The notes: generated by a model not told the origin, from the letters alone. 64,000 nucleotides of DNA from Candidatus Bathyarchaeota archaeon (GCA_963832745.1 CAWHVC010000002.1:32001-96000); one strand, 5' to 3'. Shown: positions 41,048 to 52,405, counted from the first letter of the stretch. Program-made: numbers and translations.

Positions 41048-42215
41048 TTGAAAATCGCTTTCTTAGGCTGGGGGTCGCTCGTTTGGAACCCCAGGGAACT
41101 TAAATGTGAGGGTTCTTGGAAAAAAGATGGTCCCATTCTTCCTATCGAGTTCTCGCGTATTTCAGGCGGACAAAGACTTACATTAGTTTTACATCCGGGT
41201 GCTGACCCAGTACCTGTTCTTTGGATCATAGCGGCTCATACTAAAGTAAACTCGGCAATAAGGAACCTCGCGTGCCGTGAAGATACAAACGTTGGAAATA
41301 TTGGATATGTTGTAATTAAGAATGAAAATGACTCAAGAAGCCGAATAGACGCTGTAAAATTTACAATCACTACATGGGCTAAGGAGCGTGGGCTTGACGC
41401 CGTTGTTTGGACAGACCTTGCCTCTAATTTCAGGGAATTGCGGCATGTTGATTTCACCCCCGAAAACGCAATCAATTATTTGAAAGAGTTAAAAAAAGAT
41501 GATTTATCCGAAGCTGAAGCTTACATTAGGTATGCACCGAACCAAATTTCGACAAGTGCTAGAATAGAAATTGAAAAAGCGCTAGCTTGGAAGTGCATGG
41601 ATGACGACTATCGAAAGAGAAAATGGCTTGGTTTAAGAAAAAACTTTGAGGATGAGAAAAGGATTGTCAGAAAAGCAGTTGATGATTCATTCTGGATTGT
41701 TGTACCAGATAAGCCTGCGACTTTTGGTCATTTAATTATATTATCATGGAAGGGAATCTTTGAACAAGACATAAGCGACAAGGGGCTTATTACCGATGAG
41801 ATGCACTTTCAACGGGTAATGCAGGCTATCAATAAAATTTCAAGTGTAATGAGACAGTCACTAACATCTGATGGTACTTCAAATGGGCGCAAAATGTGAG
41901 AAAGTTTATCTCCTAAGTGAATGCGAAACTGACGATCTACCGTTCCATTTACACTTAATCCCTAGATTTGAGGATGACAAAAAAGGTAATGTCTTTCTAA
42001 TTGAACGAGAATTGGAAGAATCTCGGTGGAACATTGAAGAAAATGTGACAGCTAAGGTTGAAAATGGGATAAAGAGGCTTACCGACCTTGCATCACTTTT
42101 GGAATGTTACTGCTCTGATATTTCAAGCGACAAATGGTCAAAAGGCAATGTTGAGAGAAAAGACTTAATCGAAAAAATTGGTGAATGGGCAGAATTCTAT
42201 TTGAACACAAAATAG
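41048..42215 (+). CDS. GGCT-like domain fused to HIT-like domain (frameshift at A-run ~41892)
   Basis: IAFLGWGSLVW N-terminus; PDKPATFGHLII ... FHLHLIPR; removing one A gives 388 aa. Confidence 0.6.
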
Positions 42216-42413
42216 GGGACTTTACCCTTTTTCTTTCGGTTTCTTCTTGGTTTGTGAGTATGATATCTATGTCTTTGGTTGCAACCTTTAGGCCATAGAT
42301 GCCATGGCGCCGCCGCCAATCAAGTAAAGTGCAATGCCCTTTTTCGCTGTGCTGTCTAGCTTGTCGAATTCTTGTTTAAGATAGTCCCTATCAAAGGAGC
42401 GCCTTTGAGCCAT
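42216..42413 (-). pseudogene. Truncated nucleotidyltransferase (toxin-like)
   Basis: MAQRRSFD...YLIGGGAMA / YGLKVATKDIDII; starts at stop of upstream gene and is cut off. Confidence 0.7.
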
Positions 42414-43348
42414 TACACTTCTACTCCATAATCATGGGCTTTCTCGGAAAAGTCCTCCCAAGTAGGTAACGGCTGACCTTCAGGGCGTTTATGAGTTAGC
42501 AGGAATTCAAGCATGCCTTCAATTTGGGTTTCAAGTCCGAGGCGTTCAGCTTCCCTCATGAGGTATTTTCTGTCTATTTGCTTTTCAGTTTTTTTGAGAA
42601 GCAACAGAGCGTACGTTGAGTATCGTACATTGCCTGGCTCAATCAACAGCGTATGCAAAACAGCATCCTCCGGCTTGATTGTCTTTTTTGTGGTTGAGTA
42701 GAAGTAAACATCAAATTCTGAGAACAGTGGCAGATCATAGTCGGCGAAAATTGAGGTTGCTGTCTTATGGAAATCCCCCTTTGGGGGTTTAGTAGATTTA
42801 GCGGTTCTTATCAGCAACTGCATATCACGCTGCCAAAGAATTACCGAATTCTCTGAGAGTGATTTCGCAATTTTCTTAGCAAAGAAGCTCTGGTATTCCT
42901 CTAAGAATTCTGTCAGACCTCTGAACTGGGGGTTAATATTGCATTCTTGGGTGATTATTTCCCTTGATTTGAAATCTTTCATATAGCGCCAAAGAGTGTT
43001 TCTAGGAATGCCTGTTAATTTGTTAGAGTCAGTTAAAACTTGGAAGAGAATTTCGATGGCCTTATTTTTTAGCAGGTTTTCCCAGTCAACATAATCGTAA
43101 ATCATTAGCAAGTTCCTTAGTAGTATTGCATGTTTAGTTTCGCTAAGGTATGCTTGCTTTTTAACGCCCTTATTTGCGAGTTTTATCAAACCCTTACTTT
43201 CAAGTTTTTTAAGGGTGTATGTTAGGAGCGAGGGCTTAACAGAGAGTTTTTTCTGGATTGATGATAGTCCATGGTTTCCCCTGGCTATTTCTTTTAGTAT
43301 TTGCAGTTCTGCTTTGTTGAATGCGTAGTCGCCAGCGGATGTTTTCAT
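42413..43348 (-). CDS. Double winged-helix antitoxin-like regulator
   Basis: N-terminal wHTH, second HTH (GIPRNTLWRY), coupled to NTase remnant. Confidence 0.7.
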   Translation of the reverse strand: MKTSAGDYAFNKAELQILKEIARGNHGLSSIQKKLSVKPSLLTYTLKKLESKGLIKLANKGVKKQAYLSETKHAILLRNLLMIYDYVDWENLLKNKAIEILFQVLTDSNKLTGIPRNTLWRYMKDFKSREIITQECNINPQFRGLTEFLEEYQSFFAKKIAKSLSENSVILWQRDMQLLIRTAKSTKPPKGDFHKTATSIFADYDLPLFSEFDVYFYSTTKKTIKPEDAVLHTLLIEPGNVRYSTYALLLLKKTEKQIDRKYLMREAERLGLETQIEGMLEFLLTHKRPEGQPLPTWEDFSEKAHDYGVEV

Positions 43349-43349
43349 G

Positions 43350-43402
43350 ATTGTTCCATTATACTGAAATTATATTTAAGCATTTCAATTTTATGGAACA
43401 AT
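43350..43402. promoter_or_regulatory. 21-bp-arm inverted repeat bracketing a TATA-like box
   Basis: ATTGTTCCATTATACTGAAAT ... ATTTCAATTTTATGGAACAAT (18/21) directly upstream of the ATG at 43348. Confidence 0.65.
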
Positions 43403-43440
43403 AAAAGTTTAATCAGTTGATTTAAAGAAAATATACTTGA

Positions 43441-46400
43441 CTACGGTTGGATTAAACCTCTATCAATCAATTTCTTCAATCGTGATCTGATGGCATTTCT
43501 TTGACGTTGGTGTTTCTTAGCTATCGCAGATATAGGCATTTTACTCTTGTATTCCGAAATTAGCTGATTCTCTTCTGCTTCGGCCCAGCTTTCATAGGCT
43601 CTAGCATACTTCAGCCTGATTTCATCAACGCTATAGGATTTTTCCAATTTAATCAAAGAAGGTTTGGTTGAAAGGGAACTGATATTGGCAGAATTGTTAA
43701 CTTTGAAAAAAGCTGGAGAACCGGTCTTTTGTGAGATATTTACAAGGTATTTTTCAGTGGCAGGAAGCATATGCAGTTTGTTCATGTCACGAAGGCTCGT
43801 TAGCTGGTCCATTCCTCGTTTCTTTCTCCGTATCTGGAATGCAGCTTTTATCTCAGGTCCTTCTTTCCAAACAACGCTGATAAAGCGGTTAACGCCATCC
43901 TGCAGAAGGTTAGGAACCTCATATTCAATATAGGCATTAAACCCAGCATCGTTACCTAATTTCCATAATCTCATTTGAGCCTTCTTTCTAACATCCTTAC
44001 CTGGCTCGACTGCTCCGAAGGCTTTAGCTATAGCATCGGGGTTTGAAATGTCTGCTTTTTGAAGCGTAATAGATGGGTGAATTTGTATTATGGTCTGTTT
44101 TTCTTGTTTGGTGCTTGGTAGGCTATAGTTAACTTGTTTTTGTTGCTGATTAGCGGTATTGCTGTTGGTGTTTTGGCTACTCAGATATTCTTTGATTATG
44201 CCATCTATTCCGAAGTATCTTATTAGCGCATTAACAGTCTTTTTTGTCCTAAACGCCATCATGCTTTCAGCCGATTCGAGCTGCGCTAATATGTTTAAGC
44301 TACCATAGTACACTACTGAGCTGTCGACAAGGGCAAGCTTGAAATGGAATTTGTCGAATTCTTCAAATCCTAAGCCTTTTGAGGCGAAAATGACTTTGAC
44401 GTTTTTTCCTATAAGGTCATCGATAACGTCGTTTTTGGGTGTTTTTCTTGTTATGACATAAATTGGGATACCCTTTTGGATACAGTTTGGAAATCGGCGA
44501 GTAGGCTTTCAACTCTTTTCCTTGATACGAAGGGGCTGAAAATGACGATTCTTGATTTAGCTTTTTTCATATCTTCTAAGAAGGTTTCATAGAAGTTTGT
44601 TTGGTCATAAATAGTAAAAGTGGTATCTCTAACATCTCTGCCAGATAGAGCGGTGTCTTCGTAGGATAGATAGTCAGCGAAGTATGAATCAATAATTTCA
44701 CCTTTTGCCTTTATCTGCTCAAGCACCTGTGGCACAGCATCTTTAACCCAAAAATGCTTAGCAATATACTCGCTGTTACCCACCAGAATGAATTTTCCTA
44801 TGGCTCTGGAGATTGCTACATTGATTAAGCGTCCTGGTTCCGATCGTTTGAATGGACCTTGCGTAAGCTTTCCGGGACTTAATGGTTCACCTTCGACTAG
44901 ATCGAATATTATGCAGTCCCTTTCGCTCCCTTGAAATCGATGAATGGTTGAGGCGACAATTTGTGTAGGGTCTGAGTCTTTGTCTGAGAGTATTCTTGAA
45001 ATAAGTTTTGCTTGAGCGTTATATGGGCTAACGATTCCAACCTTTATTTTCTGTCCTTTTTTGGCTGCTTCTTGCACACATCTTAATGCCAAATTTGCTG
45101 AAACAACTGCTGAGTATGGACTTATTCTCGAAAATGAGTTCTTGGGTCTAGCAATGTATGGGTTAGTGGTTGCTGTATCACAAAATATTAGGGCTTTTCC
45201 CTCAAACGGTGGTAATTTAGCTAGCTGTTCTTTCAAGATAGCGACATTTTGTGGAGTTTTAAGTTTGCCGTCATACACGACTTCACTTATCAGGTTACAG
45301 ATAGCTGGGTGCATTCGGTACTGCTCTTTTAACATTACCAGTCTTTCATCGTCTACGTTTGAGTCTACTTGTTGAAGTATACCTGATTGTTGGAATATGT
45401 CTCTTTTTAGCCATTTTTGGACAGCGGGTGTTCTGCCTTGGGCTATGGGTGATAGTTGGCGGAAGTCTCCTGAAATTACATAATGGGTTGAGCATAGCCC
45501 GGCTAAGTAGAAGATATTCGGCAGCGGCGCCATGCTTGCTTCATCAACAATCAAGACGTCGAATTTTTCCTTCATTATTGATGAATCGATGCATGCCCGT
45601 GCGATGGTTGTGGCAATGACGGAGCTTTCTTTTAAAATTGTTTTCTGGGCTTCCTGTTGTTTCTGCTCAAGTACGCTGATTTCATTTTCTTGATTTTGGT
45701 GTCTTGCTATTAGTTCCGTTTTTTTCTTTAGGATTGTATCAAGAGTGTCTGTTTGGTCGTTTTCTTTTTGGGCGGAGAGTTTAGCAGAAATTAGTTTTTC
45801 CTCTTGGATAAGTGAATAGAATTCCTTTTCGATGCTAAGGACTTCTAATTGGGCGATTTTATGTTTATTTTCGAAATACTTTATTTCCTCTTGGATTTTT
45901 TCCTTGTTTGTCCCTGAAAATATTCTTTTGAATACGCTTGCTTTCTCTGCGTCCTCTAGTTTTTTATGCGATGCGGTTAATTGGTTGAATAGCTGATCTC
46001 GGTTGTTTTTTGTGTTGCTTAATGCGTTCCTGAGCGTTTCGATTCTGTTCTGGGTTTTTAGTAATTCATCGTCAAGTTCCTTCCGTAACAATTGCCTATC
46101 TCTGATTTCTTTCTCCTTTCTTTCCAATTCGATAATCTTTTGTTGATCGTTTTCTATTTCTTTTTGAATACTTGCAATGGCATCATTCGATTGCCCCGCT
46201 CTTTTTTCGAGTATATTTCTTGGCACAAGTAACGCCCTTTTTTCGTCTTCACTTGTTGGAACACCAAGCCGGATTACTTTTCCTTGTTCTGCCAAAGAGA
46301 GATTTTGTTTATCATCAAGGAATTTCTTTAGCATTTCATCGACTGCCGCGTTGGTGTTTGCTGTTAAGAGAATTTTTTTACCTGAAGCGCTCAGAAGCCC

Positions 46401-47045
46401 TAATATAAACGCAAGAGTTTTGGTTTTACCGGTGCCTGGAGGACCCCAAATAAAAGTAACCTCTTGACTCAACGCTTTCCTGATGGCAATTTCTTGTTCA
46501 TAATTTGGATAAAAGTCAGCTAGCCGTTGTTCGTTAAATGGCAAGGGTGCCAAAGAGTTTGGTTGGCTATAGCCAAAAAGTTTCATGCCTCCGTTTATAT
46601 TAATCGTAAGTTGACCTGACTTGATGTTTTCAAGTTTACTGTTGAGTTTCTCGAGCAGGAAAAAAGACGAGTCTTGAATGACTGCTTCATCTATAACTTC
46701 GCCCATATCAGCGTCAAATGCTATGGTTATTGCTTTTTTGTCCGCTGAATCAAGACGTCCGAAAAATTCCTCATCGTTAATTCCAATGGTCAATTCTGTT
46801 TGCGGTTTACGATTATACCACTCGTCTGCATCATCTGATAAAAACCGATAAACATAGAGCGAGTTGCTTTTGAATATCCGTTGACCATCATAAATCTCAG
46901 TCTTTCTACCACTCTTTTGACCCTTTAACTCTTTAACCTCATCTAGTAGAGCTATTTGGAACTCAGCTATGAGTGTTTTTTCATCAGTAGAACCGGCGGT
47001 AGCCCTCCAGCCTATGCCAGCTGTAGCGTATTGTTGATCACCCAA
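43441..47045 (-). CDS. Upf1/DNA2-like SF1 helicase + coiled coil + PLD nuclease + C-terminal domains (frameshift at ~44481)
   Basis: GPPGTGKT, DEAS, GDFRQL, QYRMHP, FQGSE, NVAISRA; bridging frame encodes HFKLALVD..YYGSLN; one added base gives 1201 aa. Confidence 0.8.
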
Positions 47046-47150
47046 GCGTTAACTCCAATTACAATTTAAGCCTTAACTATAAATAACTTGAGAATTCTGA
47101 GTCACGAAAAAGGAAACAAATGAAAAAGTTAACTTTATTCAATTAGGCAG

Positions 47151-48650
47151 TTACATCAGGTTAAGGCCCTGAGGTATGTCAAATAAAGGTCTTCCATTAT
47201 CCCATGAGTATGTAATGCAGTTGATATTCAATCTTTCGAGTATGGCCTTAGACTGATTATCTATGTCTTTCGGGAAGACAGTTATTAATTTGCAGGGTTT
47301 ATCTATGTTAGTAGAATGGTAAAGTAGTTGACCAATAGCACCATAAATATTAGTCGTTGATGAGTCGGTTTTTATTTCAAAAAGCGTTGTGACGTCGCCA
47401 TTCGCCATTGTAAAAAGATCAATTTGATGATTACTGCCAACTTTCACACCTTTTGCCTTCAAGGTGGCCGCTAGAGTATTGGCTATTATACCATGGTCGC
47501 ACGCCGCTTCCACTCTCTGACTAATATTGTATATTTTTTTTCCTTCATACTCGTTTGAAAAGCCTTGATTCTGCAGATTTGCATCTACAGTATGTAAAGT
47601 ATTGTCGTTTTGTTGACCACTTTTTATAGAACTTACTTGGTAAATAAAATCAGCCACCTGTTCCATAAAACGAGGGCTTTCAAAAGAGGCGATTAACGCA
47701 AGTTTAGTAAGTCTGTCGCCATCTTGAGCATAGATCCAACAGCCACGGTATTCCTTCTCAAATTTTGTCTTGCTATTACCGGGTTTACCCCCACCAATTT
47801 TTCCTCTATGTAATAGATACACTTTGTCGTCGCAGTCTATGGCGAAAACTCCAGCCATTGAACGATTGATTCCTTTAAAGGGAGGGTTTATCTCGCATGT
47901 AATATCGTGACTATGGTTACTACCCCACTGTGGTTCACCTATGCCAAAAACATTCCAATACCGGTTGTCATCTGATGTACTGTTAACCCACCAAACGCCA
48001 AGTTTCTTGTTCCATGATGCTTCAGCTTTTTCGTGTCCGCCGGGGTAGCCAACCCAGATCGTTTCACTCCTATCAGCAGCACTGCCAAGTTTACTTTCAA
48101 AAATGGATTGAGCTTTATCTATTCCAGTCTTATCTTCAATTACTCGGAGAGTCCCAGTTACAACATTAGGCGATTGCTCTTTTGTCTCTTTATCGTCATT
48201 TCGTTCTACTATTCTATTATAGTCTTTAAGCGATACTTGTTGCACGCTACCCTGAAGATAAGCACCCCAATTTTCTTTCGATTTTATAAATGAGAGAGCT
48301 TGTATCTCTACTAACGGCTGGATTGGTTTTGATCTTATCCAAACCTTAACTTGTTTGAGTCTTACTCCATGTTCTGGTCGGAAGAACTTGCCGTGCCATA
48401 ACTCAGTTTTCTCTTTTTCTGTTAAGGTGTGATAGTTAGACGCTAAAGTGGCTGTCCCTAAGAATATGTGCCCCTCGTTTCCAGCCAAATAAAAAACTAT
48501 TTTATCATCAACCTGCAGATAACTCAAATTTTTTGCATTTTCGTGTAATCCCCAGAACCTATCTTTCATTCTTTGCGTGTATACTTCGATACCTTTTATG
48601 CGCTCATTATCAACTTCATCATCATTAACCTTGAATATCCAATAGTTCAT
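47151..48650 (-). CDS. EVE/PUA-like domain + PD-(D/E)XK nuclease
   Basis: MNYWIFK...WG...DDKIVFY...FLG; C-terminal IDLF..LFEIK...AIGQLLY. Confidence 0.72.
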   Translation of the reverse strand: MNYWIFKVNDDEVDNERIKGIEVYTQRMKDRFWGLHENAKNLSYLQVDDKIVFYLAGNEGHIFLGTATLASNYHTLTEKEKTELWHGKFFRPEHGVRLKQVKVWIRSKPIQPLVEIQALSFIKSKENWGAYLQGSVQQVSLKDYNRIVERNDDKETKEQSPNVVTGTLRVIEDKTGIDKAQSIFESKLGSAADRSETIWVGYPGGHEKAEASWNKKLGVWWVNSTSDDNRYWNVFGIGEPQWGSNHSHDITCEINPPFKGINRSMAGVFAIDCDDKVYLLHRGKIGGGKPGNSKTKFEKEYRGCWIYAQDGDRLTKLALIASFESPRFMEQVADFIYQVSSIKSGQQNDNTLHTVDANLQNQGFSNEYEGKKIYNISQRVEAACDHGIIANTLAATLKAKGVKVGSNHQIDLFTMANGDVTTLFEIKTDSSTTNIYGAIGQLLYHSTNIDKPCKLITVFPKDIDNQSKAILERLNINCITYSWDNGRPLFDIPQGLNLM

Positions 48651-48785
48651 ACCCTTAACGCCAAGCTCTTCATTGTTTCAATTAACTTTTAAAGTATTTG
48701 ACTCATACAACTGCCGTGTGTTCAGTCGGTTTTTACTTCTTTGTTAATCATAACTTTTATAGTAGTTGCACCAACAACAAATCCC

Positions 48786-49664
48786 ATGAGCCTCCAAATC
48801 CCGGATAACCTTAATTTACCACAAGAAATATTGGAAGCTCATAATCAAGGAAAACTTGCACTTTTTTTAGGAGCCGGCTTATCAGCTTCTATGGGCTGTG
48901 TGAATTGGGGAACTCTTACAAGCAATTTAGTTGCAAGATGTCTTCAATTGGGCTTCATTAATTATGCTGAGAAGCGGTATTACGACGATTTAAAGGACAA
49001 CATACAAGTAATCTCCGCTTGTTTCAACAAATTTAAACAACATAGCGCTCTTAATGAATACTATGGAACCGTAATTGCTTCTTGTCAAGTAAATCAGGAG
49101 CTTGCTAAAGGCTTTTGTATGGAACTTAAAAGCCTTGCGAGCTTTTACCTAACAACAAACTACGATGACGGATTTGACAAATACTTTTTGACACAAGATA
49201 TTATCTATAGGCATGAAGATTTTGAGAAGTTAGGTATAACAGGAAACAGCATAGAATCTGGGAAATTATATCACATACATGGCTCTATTATGGATCCGCC
49301 TTCAATGGTTCTTACGGAAGCAGACTATGCCAAAAAATATGGTATAAATGGAATGAATTTCATGTCCTTTTTAAAGAAAGTGTTCCAAGACCATTCGATA
49401 CTGTTCATTGGTTACGGGCTTCAAGAGAACGTAATTAGATACGCGGTTAATAACGCTATGCAAGTTAGGGATAACACCCATTTTATTCTGAAGGATTATT
49501 TTAGTGATGAAACTACAAAATATAATCAAGAACTCGAGTATCTTGGAGCATCAGGTATCCAAGTGGTATCTTACCTCAAGGACGTTGAAAATTACCAGAA
49601 AATGATTAACATAATCAAATCTTGGAGTAGCCAATTAACTAAGACGGAGATTAGTATGATATGA
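48786..49664 (+). CDS. SIR2-like (defence-type) NADase domain protein
   Basis: LFLGAGLS, LTTNYD, YHIHGS, LFIGYG. Confidence 0.9.
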   Translation: MSLQIPDNLNLPQEILEAHNQGKLALFLGAGLSASMGCVNWGTLTSNLVARCLQLGFINYAEKRYYDDLKDNIQVISACFNKFKQHSALNEYYGTVIASCQVNQELAKGFCMELKSLASFYLTTNYDDGFDKYFLTQDIIYRHEDFEKLGITGNSIESGKLYHIHGSIMDPPSMVLTEADYAKKYGINGMNFMSFLKKVFQDHSILFIGYGLQENVIRYAVNNAMQVRDNTHFILKDYFSDETTKYNQELEYLGASGIQVVSYLKDVENYQKMINIIKSWSSQLTKTEISMI

Positions 49665-52393
49665 AGTTAGCTGTAGAACAAGTCAATGAGCTAATTACTA
49701 AAGCAGATACGGACCCAATTTGGGCAGATTACATGTTCACTAGATTATCCACGATTGAAAATCCATCCTATTGGCTAGAGATTATTTATGGACGAGGATA
49801 TTTTTCACCAAATAAGAATCCTGCGCCAGTAAAGTCAGAACTAGGAGATGGTTACACAGTTCCATACTGGTATGTTTTAGGCTTTTTAGAAAATGTTGCC
49901 GCCGAGAATAAAGTCAAACCCAATGACCAAACAACTAATCTATTGATAGAGATAGCTGATGCAATAATCGACTATAAGATAAATGGAAAACGGATTGATA
50001 ATTTCCGAACTGATTTATCATTGATTAAAGTGTTATTCAGTCTACCTATTGAAAAAATAGGTCCAAAACACATTGTTTTTGTGTCAACAGTACTCCATGG
50101 AAAATTTGGACAAGAGGTTGTCTCAAATGAGATTTTAAAAACCTGTATTCCTGTTTTAGTAAACACCAGTGCAAAGTCACTTTTACTACAACTAATAGGG
50201 ATTATCCTTGAGTACAAAGAGGAAGAGAGCTCTTATTTTTCAAGATATGGGTCTATTCTAGGTGACTATTGGCTCGACGAGATTCTGACAAAGTACAAGA
50301 CTGACTTCATAAGAATCTGTGGTTTAGACCTTTACGACATTGTTAAAGAAAAAATTGATACAATTATTAAACGAAGCAATGGAACAGAGTTTGGAGGTAT
50401 TATTACCATAGAGGGAAGTTCTCAGAATTTATCGGAAGATTACAGAACACAACTTGTTTATTTTTTAAGAGACATACTCATAAGTCAAGATCCCTTGAAA
50501 GTTCGACCAATCATATATGACCTGATAGTGGATACAAAAGCGATCATGAGGCGATTGGCTATTTTCACAATTTCCGAGCATTACGATGTTCTGAAAGACA
50601 TTTTTTGGAGCATTACAACCAATCCTATTGAGGATACAGCATTAAAACATGAGTTGTACGAACTTTTTAAGAAAAATAATAACAATATGACTGAGCCTGA
50701 AATTAATCAGATTGTTCGATGGATTGAGACTGAAAGTTTCGATTATAGCCAATTATATGAATCTAACAATGACGCTCGAAAATCAATGGCTTATCATCGA
50801 AAAGAGTGGCTGTCTTCAATTATTGACTCTGGAAATAGGCAAGTTTCAGATTTGTACAAGAAATATGATGCTATATTTGGTGCTAAGTTGGAACACCCCG
50901 GTTATCTTGTTTGGTCATCAGGGGTAATAATAGAAAGCCCAAAGCCTATGAGTGAGGAAGTAATAGGAAGAACAAATAGAGAAGTTGCCGATTTCCTAAG
51001 GAGCCTCAGCTCAAAGATTGATGAGCAGTCTGATAGGTTCCGAGCATCTGTTAGAAATAATCCTCAGAGATTTTCTCAGGATATGGATGTCTTTTTACAA
51101 ATACCAATTGTTTTTCAAAAATCATTATTAGAAGGTTTAACCGAGGCAATCCGTGATAAGAAAGATATTAACTGGTCGCAAACTTTCGGGTTTATTTCTA
51201 AATTGATTAACGAGGATACTTTTTGGACCGCTACTTACAATAAGATGAATTATAGAGTTTGGATTTCTAAAGAAATCGCTGATTTGATAGAAGTTGGTAT
51301 TCGAAATAATGCTTTCACGTCTCCTGATATTTCCTCGCAAGCAAGCGAGTTATTAATCGTACTTGCCAGCCATGATAGTGCTGAGTTTAACATTGAATTC
51401 AGCTTAGATTTGGTTAACTCTGTATTAAACTCGCCAAGAGGAGCTATTTTCATGGCAATGGTTAACTTAGCACTCAAGCACCAGAAGCCAACGCCAAATG
51501 AAAACTGGAGTGGGGCAATCAAGGATTATTTCACGCGAGCAATCAAAAAGGAGGCGCAACCATCCGTCGAGTTATATGTTACATTAGGTGAATATTTAGT
51601 ATTCATGTACTATAATCTTGAACGAAAGTGGGTGAAGGATAACATCAATTTGCTTCTGCCAAAAGAAGAGGAGCTTTACTGGATTGCCGGCTTTAGCAGC
51701 TACCTATTTAGCGCTTCTCAAGTCTATAAGGACATTTTTGACCTCTTAGTATCCAATGGTCACTATGCAAAAGCGTTGAATGTTGAGTTTAATGAAAAGC
51801 TTTCAAAGGACCGTATTGCTGATCATATTGCAATAGCTTATTTGAATCAATTTGAAGAGATTGAAAATCCTCAAAGTTTGATAGCACAGTTGATTTCCAA
51901 ACAAGACCCCGAATTAGTACGTTCTATTGTGAGCCTCGTTTGGAGGTCAGCGGAAAAAATTAATGAAATACAAAAATCGCGAGCAATTATACTTTGGAAG
52001 AAATTGGTCAGTTCATTGGAAAAAGGAAATGATACTGAGTCGAAAAAAACTCTTGCAAGTCTATTTAGGTGGATAAGCATCATACAAAAATTGGACGAAC
52101 AAAGCGTTGACTTACTTAAGACTTCATTGAGAAACGCCAGCTCTGAAAGCGAAATTATGTTCGTAGTTGACGACTTAATGAAACATGTCCAATCAACCCC
52201 TCATGAGGTGGGTGAACTGTATTTAGAATTATTGCATCATGGCATGTTTCCATTTCATCCGCAAGACAAGATTCAAGAATTGGTAAAAGTGCTTTACGAG
52301 AATAAGGAAAAGAAGGCTGCAACTGAGATATGCGACTTGTATTGGAAGAAGAGATATTTCTTCCTTAAGGAGGTGAGTGATTACTATAGTTAA
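49661..52393 (+). CDS. 910-aa alpha-helical protein coupled to SIR2 gene (DSR-like sensor?)
   Basis: ATGA overlap with SIR2 stop; helical-repeat composition, no NTPase motif. Confidence 0.7.
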   Translation: MKLAVEQVNELITKADTDPIWADYMFTRLSTIENPSYWLEIIYGRGYFSPNKNPAPVKSELGDGYTVPYWYVLGFLENVAAENKVKPNDQTTNLLIEIADAIIDYKINGKRIDNFRTDLSLIKVLFSLPIEKIGPKHIVFVSTVLHGKFGQEVVSNEILKTCIPVLVNTSAKSLLLQLIGIILEYKEEESSYFSRYGSILGDYWLDEILTKYKTDFIRICGLDLYDIVKEKIDTIIKRSNGTEFGGIITIEGSSQNLSEDYRTQLVYFLRDILISQDPLKVRPIIYDLIVDTKAIMRRLAIFTISEHYDVLKDIFWSITTNPIEDTALKHELYELFKKNNNNMTEPEINQIVRWIETESFDYSQLYESNNDARKSMAYHRKEWLSSIIDSGNRQVSDLYKKYDAIFGAKLEHPGYLVWSSGVIIESPKPMSEEVIGRTNREVADFLRSLSSKIDEQSDRFRASVRNNPQRFSQDMDVFLQIPIVFQKSLLEGLTEAIRDKKDINWSQTFGFISKLINEDTFWTATYNKMNYRVWISKEIADLIEVGIRNNAFTSPDISSQASELLIVLASHDSAEFNIEFSLDLVNSVLNSPRGAIFMAMVNLALKHQKPTPNENWSGAIKDYFTRAIKKEAQPSVELYVTLGEYLVFMYYNLERKWVKDNINLLLPKEEELYWIAGFSSYLFSASQVYKDIFDLLVSNGHYAKALNVEFNEKLSKDRIADHIAIAYLNQFEEIENPQSLIAQLISKQDPELVRSIVSLVWRSAEKINEIQKSRAIILWKKLVSSLEKGNDTESKKTLASLFRWISIIQKLDEQSVDLLKTSLRNASSESEIMFVVDDLMKHVQSTPHEVGELYLELLHHGMFPFHPQDKIQELVKVLYENKEKKAATEICDLYWKKRYFFLKEVSDYYS

Positions 52394-52405
52394 CCGATCA
52401 GACGC

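Noticed and set aside
44451-44490. Programmed ribosomal frameshift in the helicase-PLD gene
   Set aside because: No clear slippery heptamer plus stimulator; one of many similar indels nearby
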